Part shown: positions 23,466 to 35,152 of the stretch, piece after piece
Numbering within the stretch: position 1 is the stretch's first letter
How the letters are laid out: each line of letters begins with the position of its first letter
NCBI GenBank assembly: GCA_038087875.1
Contig: CM075991.1
Coordinates: 558,001-622,000, forward strand
Length of the DNA: 64,000 nucleotides
Direction of reading: 5' to 3'
Origin: Malacoraja senta
Lineage: Eukaryota
Made by a program: the position numbers and the translations under genes
Notes under the pieces: generated by a model
Seen by the model: only the letters and a program-made list of their open reading frames with translations
Database searches by the model: none
Told to the model about the DNA's origin: nothing

Positions 23466-26102
23466 TTGTATTGCTGTGTTAACACAAATGAACCAGTCGG
23501 GGTGGGCTGATGTATAGTAGGACCGGGTGCAGGAAGCATGGTGGGTACAAGCTGGCATGTGATGTGCTGGGCCATGATGGCTGTGATTGAGTCATGCCAT
23601 GGTCTCTGGTCTAAGCTGACACCACTGCCATTCCTGACGGCTGGGCCATGATGGCTGTGATTGAGTCATGCCATGGTCTCTGGTCTAAGCTGTGTTGGAT
23701 AGAAACATGGGCATTGTCAACTAACAAGCCCACCCGTAAATGTGAGAGCTGAGAGCAGGTGCTGCAACAATGTACTGTAATGTAATGTACTGTAACACTG
23801 TACGGAACTGTCAGGGTTTATGGGGAGAAGGCAGGAGAATGGGGTTAGGAGGGAGAGATAGATCAGCCATGATTGAATGGTGGAGTAGACAATTGGCCGA
23901 ATGGCCGAATTCTGCTGCTATCACTTATGACCTTATGGTGAGCCGAGCTGCGCTGTCCTGTTTTGCTTCATTATCCTCAGAAGACGATGCAAGGAGAGGT
24001 TTAGATAGGATGGGACTTTATTCTGTGGAGTGTACGAGGTGGAGGGGTGACCATACAGAGGTATATTAAATTATAAGCATTGTTGATAAAATGGGCAGTC
24101 AGTCTTGGTCCCGGGATAGGGGAGTCTAAAACCAGGTGGCATTGGTTCAAGGTGAGGGTGGAAAAGACTTCATAAGAACCTGAGGGGCACCTTTTTGACA
24201 CAGAAGGTGGTAGATACATGGAACGAGCTGCCAGTGGAGGTCGTTGAGGCAGGTACTAACACAAGTAGTCTGTGTCTATATTAATTGAATTTAGTTTACT
24301 TTAATTTGGATGGGCAACGTTCACAGGGATATGGGCCAAACACGAGCAAATGAGACAAGCTCAGATAGACATCTTGGTCGGTATGGACTAGTTGGGCCGA
24401 AGGGACTGGTTCTGTGCTGTACGATTCTATGACTGACAAGGTACAATGTCTCTGTAGACTGTCCCAGCATGAGATGTGTCACAGGCGGCACAGTGGCGCA
24501 GCAGGTAGAGCTGCTGCCTCACAGCGCCAGAGACCCGGGATAAATCCTGACCATGTGTGCTGTCTATGTGGAGCTTGCACACTCACTGTGACCTGGTGGG
24601 TTTCCTCGGTTTCCTGCCAAATCCCAAAGATGTGCCGGTTTGTAGGTTAATTGGCCCTCTGTAAATTGTCCCTAGTGTGTAGGGAATGGATGAGAAAATG
24701 GGATAACATAGAACTAGTGTGAATGAGTGATCGCTGGTCAGCATGGACTCGGTGAGCTGAAGGGCCTGTTTCCATGCTGCATCACTAAACTAAAACAAGC
24801 AGAGATGAGAAGTGTTGTGGATTGGAGGATTTATCGAACCCCTTGGCAACCAGCGTTAGCCTGAAGGATGAGGAGAACTCGTCATTTAATTTACTTTCGA
24901 TCATATGCTGAAACCAGCCATTCAGCCCACCGAGTCCACGCCCACCAGCGATACGCGCACACTAACACTATTCTACACACACTAGGGACAATTTACAATT
25001 TTACCAAGCCAACTCACTTACAAACCTAGATAAACACAAAATACTGGAGTAATTCAGCGGGACAGGCAGCATCTCTAGAGAGAAGGAACGGGTGACGTTT
25101 CGGGTCAAGACCCTTCTTCAGACCCATTCCTTCTCTCCAGAGATGCTGTCTGTCCCACTGAGTTACTCCAGCATTTTGCGTCTATCTTCGGTTTAAACCA
25201 GCATCTGCAGTTCCTTCCTACACAACTTACAAACCTGTATGTCTTTGGAGTGTGGGAGAAACCGGAGATCCCGGAGAAAACCCATGCGTTTATGGGGAGA
25301 ACGTACAAACTCCGTACAGACAGCACCTATAGACAGGATCGAACCTGGGTCTCTGGCGCTGTGAGGCAGCAACTCTACTGCTGGGCCACCGTGCCATCCT
25401 GTGGTGGAGTTTGGTAAGGCTGGGATAAACAGTGTATGCAAGTGTTGTAGACTGCTGGGAGAAATCTCTGGCAGATACCAGCTGTAGACATCAATCTAGG
25501 CCAGGATTTTAATGGGCAGTGTTTATTATCTACTGCTCCTGATTGGGAGTCAATTACATTCTGCACCACACTCACCCTGCAAGTGGGCACCTTGGCAGGA
25601 TGTTCCCCTCTGTGCCAATCAACCCCCTCCCTCCAGAATCCAGGCTGTCTTACACATGGCACTGGGAGTGTCATCTCCATCCAATGCCCACCGTGCCCCA
25701 TCCATACAACACCACCACCTAAATCTGCAACTGACCTGTACCGACAACCTCACAAATAAACCAGTAGATTGGATCACAACTGACATTAAAACAGCAAGCC
25801 AGAAATAGTTGCAGAATATTTTTACAGCTGTCAATCACACAGTTTCTTTCCAGCTGTTTTCAACGGAACTGTCCTCTCACCAGCTAGAGAGCAGTCCTGA
25901 TCACCCATCTACCTCAATGGAGACGTTCGAACTATCTTTAATCGGTCTTTACAGGATTGATCTTGCACTGAACGTCATACCCAATGGCCTGTATCTGTAC
26001 ACTGTGGACAGCTTGATTGTAATTATGTCTAATCATTGTGCAGACTGTACAGCACAACAAAAGACCCTTCCACTGGACCCAGGTACATGTGACAATATTA
26101 TA

Positions 26103-26298
26103 CTAAATTAAACTAAACTAAATTAGACAAACCTAGACTAGAATAGACTAGACTAGACTAGATTAGATTAGATTAAACTAGGCTATAGACCAGACTAGAT
26201 GAGACCAGACTAGACTAGATTAGATTTGATTAGATTAAGCTAGACTAGACTAGACTAGACTAGACTTGACTAGAATTGACTAGACTAGACTAGACTAG
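26103..26298. repeat. degenerate pentamer repeat (CTAAA)n grading into (CTAGA)n
   Basis: Direct reading; looks like an expanded retroposon tail. Confidence 0.9.
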
Positions 26299-27440
26299 AA
26301 GATAGACACAGAATGCTGGAGTAACTCAGCGGAACAGGCAGCATCTCTGGAGAGAAGGAATGGGTGATGTTTCGGGTCGAGACCCTTCTTCAAACTGGTT
26401 AGAGATAAGGGAACGAGAGATATAGACGGTGATGTAGAGAGATAAAGAACAATGAATGAAAGATATGCAAAAAAATAACAATGCTAAAGGGAACAGGCCA
26501 TTGTTAGCTGTTTGTTGGGTGAAAACAAGAAGCTAGTGCAACTTGGGTGGGGGAGGGATAGAGAGAGAGGGAATGCCAGGGCTACCTGAAGTGAGAGAAA
26601 TCAATATTCATACCACTGGGCTGTAAGCTGCCCAAGCGAAATATGAGATGCTGTTCCTCCAATTTGCGTTTAGTCTCACTCTGACAATGGAGGAGACCTA
26701 GGACAGAAAGATCTGTGTGGGAATGGGAAGGAGAATTAAAGTGTTTGGCAACCGGGAGATCAGTTAGGTTCAGGCGGGCTGAGTGAGGGTGTTCCGCGAA
26801 ACGATCGCCCAGTCTAGGTTTGTTCTCGCCGATGTATAAAAGTCCACATCTTGAACAGCGGATACAGTAGATGAGGTTGGAGGAGGTGCAAGTGAACCTC
26901 TGCCTAACCTGAAAGGACTGTCGAGGTCCCTGGACAGAGTCGAGGGAGGAGGTATAGCGGAAAGGTGTTGCATCTTCTGCGGTTGCAGGGTAAGGTACCT
27001 GGGGAGGGGATGGTTTGGGTGGGAATGGATGAGTTAACCAGGGTTGCAAAGGGAACGGTGTCTGCAGAAGGTGGAAAGGGGTGGAGATGGGAAAATGTGG
27101 CTTCTGGCGGGATCCCGTTGGAGGTGGCGGAGATTTTGGAGGATTATGTGTTGTATGCGTTGGCTGATGAGGTGGCAGGTAAGGACTAAGGGACTCTGTC
27201 TCTGTTGTGACTAAGGGGAGGGGAAGCAAGGGCGGAGCTGCGGGGTACCGAGGAGACACGAGTGAGGGCCTCATCTATGGTGCGAGAGGGGAACCCCCGT
27301 TCCCTAAAGAATGAGGACATCGCTGATGTTTTAGTATGGAACACCTTGGGTGCAGATGTGGCGTAGACGGAGGAATTGGGAGTAGGGGATAGAGTCTTTG
27401 CAGGAAGCAGGGTGGGAAGAAGTGTAATCGAGATAGTTGT
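26299..27440 (-). mobile_element. Penelope-like element 3' part (GIY-YIG + pLTR), second subfamily, cut by the gap
   Basis: TSSNLIYCIRCSRCGLLYIGENKPRLGDRFAEH...LGSLQPSGMNIDF; hammerhead-like motif at 26366-26393; pLTR spacer differs from the 21921 copy. Confidence 0.9.
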
Positions 27441-27640
27441 NNNNNNNNNNNNNNNNNNNNNNNNNNNNNNNNNNNNNNNNNNNNNNNNNNNNNNNNNNNN
27501 NNNNNNNNNNNNNNNNNNNNNNNNNNNNNNNNNNNNNNNNNNNNNNNNNNNNNNNNNNNNNNNNNNNNNNNNNNNNNNNNNNNNNNNNNNNNNNNNNNNN
27601 NNNNNNNNNNNNNNNNNNNNNNNNNNNNNNNNNNNNNNNN
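27441..27640. other. assembly gap (200 N)
   Basis: Run of N. Confidence 1.
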
Positions 27641-28113
27641 TTAGGAATATGACGGACATAGCACACCTTGAAGAAATGAGACTCCGCCTAATAGATAAAT
27701 ATGACCAATTCTTAAGGAGTTGGTCCCCTTTCATCGACATTTTGGAACCATGTGATGCAGCAGTACCGTAAAGATTACTGATTTCAGGTCAGGTCGTGGA
27801 TAGATTTACATCTCCAAACAAAGATTTGAAAATTTCTTTTTTAAGGGCCTTTTTCTACTATTTCTACTTTCTACTTTTTCTTTTCTTATACACACACTTC
27901 ACGTTTTTCTATTTTCTACTATCTATTTTTCCTCTTTTTCTTCTCTCTATTTTTTGGTTTTTTTTACTTCCTTTTCAAAAACATAAAACTAGAGGTTGTA
28001 GAGAATGCATTACGTTATGACATAGTTGGCACCTAAAATTAGGTACCACTGTATTGTTTTGTATTGTATCAAATTCTAATAAAATAAACAAAAAAAAACA
28101 ACAAAATAAATAA
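27641..28113 (+). mobile_element. L1 3' end (ORF2 C-terminus, T-rich UTR, AATAAA, A-rich tail)
   Basis: MTDIAHLEEMRLRLIDKYDQFLRSWSPFID parallels the L1 at ~45250 (MTETLNVERIRFSLLDKQELFVGTWSPFID). Confidence 0.8.
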
Positions 28114-29318
28114 AGGCTCGATGTCAATGTAAAGGTGAGGGTTAGTCTACCCCCGACCCTAACTCACTGCACTCACCTAGTGAAAGGCATGGATAGAGTG
28201 GATGTGGAGAGGATGTTTCCACCAGTTGGAGAGTCTAGGACCAGAGGCCACAGCCTCAGAATAAAAGGACATACTTTTACAAAGGAGATGAGGAGGAATT
28301 TCTTTAATCAGAGGGTGGTGAATCTGTGGAATTCATTGCCACAGACAGCTGTGGGGGGGGGGAGGGGGAGGAGGAACACTCTGCGGAGAGGTGAGCAACT
28401 GTCCTCCAGAGTCTCGTTGTAAATCCACACTCTGCGGAGCGGTGGGCAATCGTCTCCTGTCCATAGCAGCCGTTCCAAGGGCAGCGTGCGTGGTTAGTAC
28501 CATGTTGGGAACCTTTCATTGCAAATCCTGGCTATTCAAAGACTGGGCAACTCAGCAGTGTCCTGCAAGCCAGGGTGTGGGGGGGGGGGGGGGGGCAGGT
28601 GAGTGCAGTGAGTTAGGGTCAGGGGTGGACTACCCTCACCTTCACACCTTTACATTTACATCCAGCCATTAATGTGGGACATAATGGACTACGAGCCCAC
28701 TGAGAGCGAGTGATCAAAATAACATCAAATCATTGGGTGTTGGAGATAATTGAAGGGGTGACAAAATAGTGTAAGGAGATTCTTATAGGAGGAGGGAGAG
28801 GTGGAAGGGTTGTTGGAAGGAGTTTAGCCCATTTGAAAGATATGATACGATATGAGACAATCGAACTTTATCTATTCCAAGAGGAGAATTGATCTGCCAA
28901 CAGTCACAAATACACAACACGATGTAGGAACCATGACATTAAAGTGACGAGTGGAATGTTCAGCATTGGGGGTGGGCAAAGATATGGGGGGGGGGGGAGT
29001 CAGTCTACCGTACGACAAAAGGGGGAGGAGTGGTACAGTTTGATAGCCACAGGGAAGAAGGATCTCCTGTGGCGTTCTGTGCTGCATCTTGGTGGAACAG
29101 TCTGTTGCTGAAGTTGCTCCTCAGGTTGACCAGTGTGTCATGGAGGGGGTTGTCCTGGATGCTCCGTAATTTGAGGAGCATCCCCCCCCCTCCAAGACCA
29201 ACTGATTACGTCCCTGTTTTAATATTGTAGTGCCCTGGAGCTAACTGCTAGCATTGTGTTTGCATTGTGTTTGGATCTGGCACAGACAGTAACAGTACCT
29301 TACTGTTTGTCCCCTGAG

Positions 29319-30136
29319 CCCATGCAGCCGTACACTGCAAGCCACTGGTGATTGAGGACAAGCTGTACGTCATTGTGGCCCAGCTCTTCCACGGCTCCCA
29401 CATCTACCAGTGGGACGACTACGGAGGGAAGTTCATCAAAATCCAGGACATTGACGGCAGCAAGATCCGCAAGCCCAACGATGTGGAGACCTTCCGGATG
29501 GAGGGGGACTGGTACTTCATCGTGGCCGACAGCTCCAAGGCCGGGGCCACCACTGTGTACAAGTGGAACAAGGGCGGCTTCTACACGCACCACTCGCTGC
29601 ACGCCTGGCACCGCGACACCGATGTTGAGTACGTGGAGATGGACAACAAGCACCGGCTGGTGGTGTGTAGCAGCACACAGGGCCCAGTGGTGTACCAGTG
29701 GAACAAGGCCCTGCGGCAGTTCAGCCCGCACGCCGAGATCCCCAACATGCTGGATGTTCATGCCGTCCGCCACTTCAAGCTGAAGAAGGTGGTGTTCCTG
29801 TGCCTGGCCCGCTTCATCGGTGACTCCACCGTGGTGAGGTGGGAGCACCAGCGCTTCACCGAGCTGCAGGCCCTGCCATCCAGGGGCACCATGGTGCTGC
29901 AGCCCTTCAGTGTGGCGCACTGGCACTACCTGCTGCTGGGCTGCGACTTCTCCTTCTCCCACGTGTACCAGTGGGACCAGGACAAGCTGACCTTCACCAA
30001 GATGCATGAGTGGAGCGTGCGGGCACCCCGGGCCTTCCAGCTGGTCCACACCGACGACATGAGCCTGGTGCTGGCCGCCAGCTTCAAAGGCAGCACCGTG
30101 GTCTATCGGCACCGCGTGGTGGACACCAGTGCCTAG
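29319..30136 (+). CDS. LGI3: LGI3-like, last coding exon (exon 8; EPTP/EAR beta-propeller repeats)
   Basis: Encodes (A)HAAVHCKPLVIEDKLYVIVAQLF...KPNDVETFRMEGDWYFIVADSSKAG...WHRDTD...QALPSRG...SFKGSTVVYRHRVVDTSA-stop (TAG 30134-30136). An in-frame TGA at 29315 limits the 5' end. The acceptor is at 29318 (GAG) or 29327 (CAG). Confidence 0.95.
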
Positions 30137-30159
30137 AGCACCACCGTGCAAGGAGCTGC

Positions 30160-31790
30160 CCTGCAACAAACACTGTCACCCCACCTACAGTATCCCGACA
30201 ACAACCGCCACCTCCACATCTACAGCTGAACAACCGCCACCGTCACTGCCCCCTGCAGTCTCCAAGCAACCGGCATCATTGCCCAACCTACAGCCGACAA
30301 ACAACCACCATCTCCACACCTACAGTCTCCAAACAACAGTCATCATCACACAACCTACAGACCCCCAGCAACAACCATCGCTGCCCCTACAGTCTCCAAA
30401 CAACATATCGCTGCCATTGCAGTCTCCGAACAACATATTACCAATGTTACAAAATTTTGAGATTTTAAAAATCAAGTCCGCAATTTATCCCATCAGATAA
30501 AGCATAAAAAGAAGTTTAGTTTGACACTTAATTCACTTTCATATCTTCAGTATTAAAAATGTTATGACCATTTTCATACTCGGAAATTAGCATCTTGTTC
30601 CCTATTGCTTTTCCATTGACTTAACACAAAAGCTGTGATCGAGGACAGTCAAAAGCCCATAACTTTCTTAAAAATTAAGAGAACTGAATGAAAATTTCAG
30701 TTATTATAGATTGAAGCATTCTGAAACAAATATGAAACAATCTTACTTGGATGACCTGAAATTAAAGCATATAATTAGTTAGTTACCTAATTGCAGCTAA
30801 TTACAAAATTCATTTACTAGATCTAAACATCTATTCATTTCTTAAGAAAAGGTTAACATTTTTAAATAGCCTAAGTGTCCAAATAACATTCACACAAGAA
30901 TTCACAATATAACATGATTTTTAAATCTCATTGTCACGAATTTATAGGCCAAATGGAAGGAATTTAATGTTTAATTCCCGTAGATTAATGGGCATTTAAA
31001 TCATCTTGCAAGTGGGTTTTTGTGGAACGCGATCGATTGGAACGTTGCGGTTGTGGTGAATTTGAACCCCATATCGGCAGGAAAAACACTGCCGGTTTGT
31101 ATGGGGCCAAAATCACATTATCGCCAAGGAAATTTTAATTAAAGTCATCCTAAGAAGCAAGTTTATATGTAAAATAAACGACTTACATTTTGTTTTGTTC
31201 CCTACGTGAGATCCATCCCGTTGTAGGCGTTGACGGCGTTAGAAGTAGCTTTTTATTTTACTCCAGGGATTAAATTGTCCCGCGATTTAAATTTTTTTTT
31301 CCGAGAACGGAAGTCGGAACGATTTTTCTGCAGCAGCTTAACAGCCTGAGAAAGTTCGCCTCCGAAAGGCAGGAGAAAACGGCATTTTAATCCCGCCCCG
31401 CCCCCCGCTCAAAGGCGCCAAAGTCGCGCACACAGCCAGTGGCAGAACTGCAGTGCCGCTGAAGGTAAGTATTGTAACATCGCTAAACACATCGCTGCCA
31501 CTACAGCCTCTGAACAACACCCATTGTCGCCCAACCTTCAGCTGAACAACAGCCATCATCACACAACTTACAGGCCCCCAGCAGCAACCATCACTGCCCT
31601 ACAGTCTCCCAGCAACCGGCATCATTGCCCAACCAACAGCCGAAAACCCCCCACCATCTCCACATCGACAGTCTCCGAACAACAGTCATTGTTGCCCAAC
31701 CTAAAGACCCCCCAGCAACAACCATCACTGCCCTACAGTCTGCGAACAACATTCATGACTGCCGCTCCGGGCTCCGAACAACAGCCGTCC
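30160..31790. repeat. degenerate ~31-bp minisatellite directly 3' of the LGI3 stop, split by a DNA transposon
   Basis: Unit approximately CTACAGTCTCCGAACAACCATCGCTGCCC at 30160-30438 and 31486-31790. Confidence 0.8.
30439..31485. mobile_element. non-autonomous DNA transposon (hAT-like termini), 1047 bp
   Basis: Ends TACCAATGTTACAAAATTT and AAGTATTGTAACATCGCTA form an imperfect TIR. Flanks AACATAT / AACACAT. A second copy is at 49643. Confidence 0.75.
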
Positions 31791-32352
31791 ATCTCACCCA
31801 GCCCACAGCTAACAATGGCCTGTTTCCTTTATCATCATTACTTGTTTGCATATCTTTCATTCATTTGTTCTATATCTCTCTACATCACCGTCTATATCTA
31901 TCATTTCCCTTTCCCTTGACTCTCAATCTGAGGAAGTGTTTCGACCCGAAACGTCACCTATTCCTTTTCTCCAGAGATGCTATCTAACCTGTTGAGTTAC
32001 TCCAGTATTTTGTCTCTATCTTCGGTTTAAACCAGCATCTGCGGTTCCTTCCTACACACAGTACTGCAAATGCAGCCCCTTCAAAGTCTTGTACAACTGT
32101 AACAAATCATCCCAACTTCTACACGTCGGCAGGAACTGCAGATGCTGAAGATAAACACAAAATGCTGGAGTAACTCAGCGGGACAGGCAGCATCGCTGGA
32201 TAGAAGGAATGGGTGGTTTCAGGTCTGAAGAAGGGTCTCAACCCGAAACATCACCCATTCCTTCTCTCCAGAGATGCTGCCTGTCCCGCTGAGTTACTCC
32301 AGCATTTTGTGTCTATCTTCGATTTAAACCAGCATCTGCAGTTCCTTCCTGC
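31790..32352 (+). mobile_element. composite Penelope pLTR unit with two tandem hammerhead motifs (31928-31955, 32225-32252) and a captured CR1 fragment
   Basis: Inverted copy of ~21645-22030; see findings. Confidence 0.8.
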
Positions 32353-34714
32353 ATATTATGAATAGTGTTGTCTGATCTGATTGGATAGCATGCAAAACAA
32401 AGTTCTTCACTGTACACGTGACAATAATAACACTAAAGCCAACACAAAGAGACAGGTGGAAACAAGTGTGTTAGGGGACCAGCAGAAAGGACTGGGGGGT
32501 TTGGGGATTCAGTCAGAAACGCACTGATTTGGGAATGGGCTGTGGGTGCGACTGGAACCAGCCATCTCCTGATGCAGGAACTCACGAGCCAGAGTGTTCG
32601 ACTATTACACGCACCAGTAGTGGAACAACGACATTCTCACGCTGCAGCTTTACAGGTAGAACCATTCAACACAACTAATCGATATACACATGCAATACAA
32701 TAAAAGTGACACTTGCTCACCAGGCATAATAGTGCAAATTGAAGTGTGAGTAACCCATAATGTCCATAGTAGGTGGCTGCTGAGGCAGGGTTGTGGTTAG
32801 TGTTGTACAGGGTGGTTCAGGAACCTCTGCCGGACAGGCAGCATCTCTGGACAGAAGGAATGGGTGACAATCTGGGTCAAGATCTTTCTTCAGACTTCAG
32901 AAGGGTATCGACCCGAAACGTCACCCATTCCTTCTCTCCAGAGACGTTGCCTGTCCCGCTGAGTTACTCCAGCATTTTTTGTCTATCTTTGCTTTAAACC
33001 AGCATCTGCAGTTCCTCCCTACACACATGGTTCATGAACCTGATAGTTGATGTGAAGCAGCTGCTCCTGGACCTGGAGGTCACGTTTTTATGGCTTCTGT
33101 ATCTTCTTCCCGAGTGTGGCCAGGGTGATGTGGGTCTCTGATGAAGCTGGCTGCCTTTTGGAGGCAGCACTTTCTGTGGATCTGTAGATGGTGGGGAGGT
33201 CAGTACTGGTGATAGCCTGGGCACTGTCCACCACAACCTCCTTCGATGGAAGTCACTGGTGACCTGACCAGCCCTGGGCAGAACATTCCACCTGGAAATT
33301 CCTCAGTACAACGTGGCCAACAGCTCAGAATCAAAGCCCAGCCTCACTGGAGTAAAGATCGGCTGGGAAGCAGTCAGGGTTGTTACCAGAATGGCCTAAT
33401 GCAGCCCGCAGTTGTTGCAGCTGCAGCTCCAGCGATGGGGCCACTGGGAAACCATGCAGGAACCCTGCTCAGATCCAGGTGACAGACCTAGGAACTGGGA
33501 AACATGGAGAATGGGAAGGAGAAGCAGAGGTTGGGGAGGGGAGCTGGTCCCATATGTCCTAGTACATTGCCAGGAACAGCAACCTCTCTGCTGTGACAAT
33601 CTACAGTCTGGTTTAAAACCCCATCCCATCATCCTGCCCTCTATAAACAGAGGAACTCATCAAGCTGCCATTGGGGACCCAGGGAGCACTTCAACGTTCA
33701 TTTTGAATGAATTTTCAATTAATCTGAATTCAATTTGAATTAATTTCAATTCATTTTGAACCCTGAAGTAGGTTTTGTATCCCTTTTCTCCAGAGATGCT
33801 GCCTGACCCGCTGAGTTACTCCAGCACTTTGAGTCTAACTTCATTTTGAAGGGACGTTTTACGCTGGCTCAGTTTGCCTCTTTGCTCGATGTAAAAGGTG
33901 ACATGTACCATTGGAAGGAGTGGCCATTCCCAGCTTTTGGCCAGTGTATATTTCCCCGTCCAATATTTCCAGGCAGATTTGCCTCATTTCCCTTCAACAC
34001 CCCATGTAATCGGCTGCTTCAGCTGCATCCAAACACGATTGCAGGGCAGGGTCATTGGCTGTGACATCCTTTGCAACATCCTGAGGATGTCAAAGCTGCT
34101 GGAAAAAATATAGAACACAGAACAGTCCAGCACAGGAGCAGCCTCTTTGTCCCACGATGTCCGTGCCCAACATGATGTCAAGACTGTCTGAAGAAGTGTC
34201 TCGACCCGAAACCTCGTCCATTCCTTCCCTCCAGAGATGATGCCTGTCCTGCTGAGTTACTCCAGCATTTTGTGTCTATCTTCGGTTTAAACCAGCATCT
34301 GCAGCTCCTACACATGTTGTCAAGACAAACTCCTCTGCCTGCACATGATCCATATCTCCCCATTCTTTGCATTTCCATGTGTCTGTCTAAAACCCTCCTA
34401 AACATCACTATCGTATCTGCCCCCACCACACTCCTGGCAGCGCCTTCCACACACCCACCACCCTGTGTGTGAAACACTTGTCCCACACATCTCCATTCAA
34501 CTTGCTGCTCTCGCCTTAAAGCTATGCCCCCTAGTAATGGATATTCCCACCTTGGGGAAAAAGGTTCTGACTGTCTACCCTATCTACGCCTCTCATCATT
34601 TTATATACTTCTATCAGGTCTCCCCTCAACCTCTGACATTCCAGAGGAAATGACCCAAGTCTGCCCACCCTCTCCCTGGAGCTAATACCCTCTCACCCAG
34701 GCACACATCTCACA

Positions 34715-35152
34715 TTCGGTGAGCCTAAGCGTAGGCTTGGCGATCGTTTCGCCGAACACCTCGGCTCAGTCCGCATTAACCAACCTGATCTCCCGGTGGC
34801 TCAGCACTTCAACTCCCCCTCCCATTCCGAATCTGACCTTTCTGTCCTGGGCCTCCTCCATGGCCAGAGTGAGGACCACCGGAAATTGGAGGAGCAGCAC
34901 CTCACTTGGGCAGTTTATACCCCAGCAGCTTGAACATTGACTTCTCCAATTTCCGGTAGCCCTTGCTGTCTCCTCCCCATCTCAGCTCTCCCTCAGCCCT
35001 CTGGCTCCTCCTCTTCCTTTCTTCTTCCTGGGCCCCCCCCCCCCCATCCTGCATCAGTCTGAAGAAGGGTTTCGGCCCGAAACCCTGCCTATTTCCTTCG
35101 CTCCATAGATGCTGCCTCATCCACCGAGTTTCTCCAGCATTTTTGTCTACCT
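34715..35152 (+). mobile_element. Penelope 3' fragment (GIY-YIG C-terminus + pLTR) inserted in a minus-strand CR1
   Basis: IGEPKRRLGDRFAEHLGSVRINQPDLPVAQHFNS; motif CTGAAGAAGGGTTTCGGCCCGAAAC at 35059. Confidence 0.85.

Noticed and set aside
24484..24560. tRNA-like sequence with A and B boxes
   Set aside because: It is the head of an HE1-type SINE and continues into the V-domain and LINE tail.
27186..27771. ORFs spanning the N-run
   Set aside because: Artefactual joins of Penelope and L1 sequence across an assembly gap; the same applies at 53445-54215.
29300..30169. 289-aa antisense ORF over the LGI3 last exon
   Set aside because: Shadow frame caused by the very high GC3 of the sense codons; no recognisable protein.
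30010..30500. Pro/Thr/Gln-rich ORFs past the LGI3 stop
   Set aside because: Translation of the C/A-rich 3' minisatellite; the LGI3 C-terminus (VVDTSA-stop) is at its conserved position.
33240..34110. Unique-looking sequence with short ORFs between LGI3 and CHMP7
   Set aside because: No recognisable protein similarity or convincing splice-site pair; not the CHMP7 N-terminus as far as I can tell.
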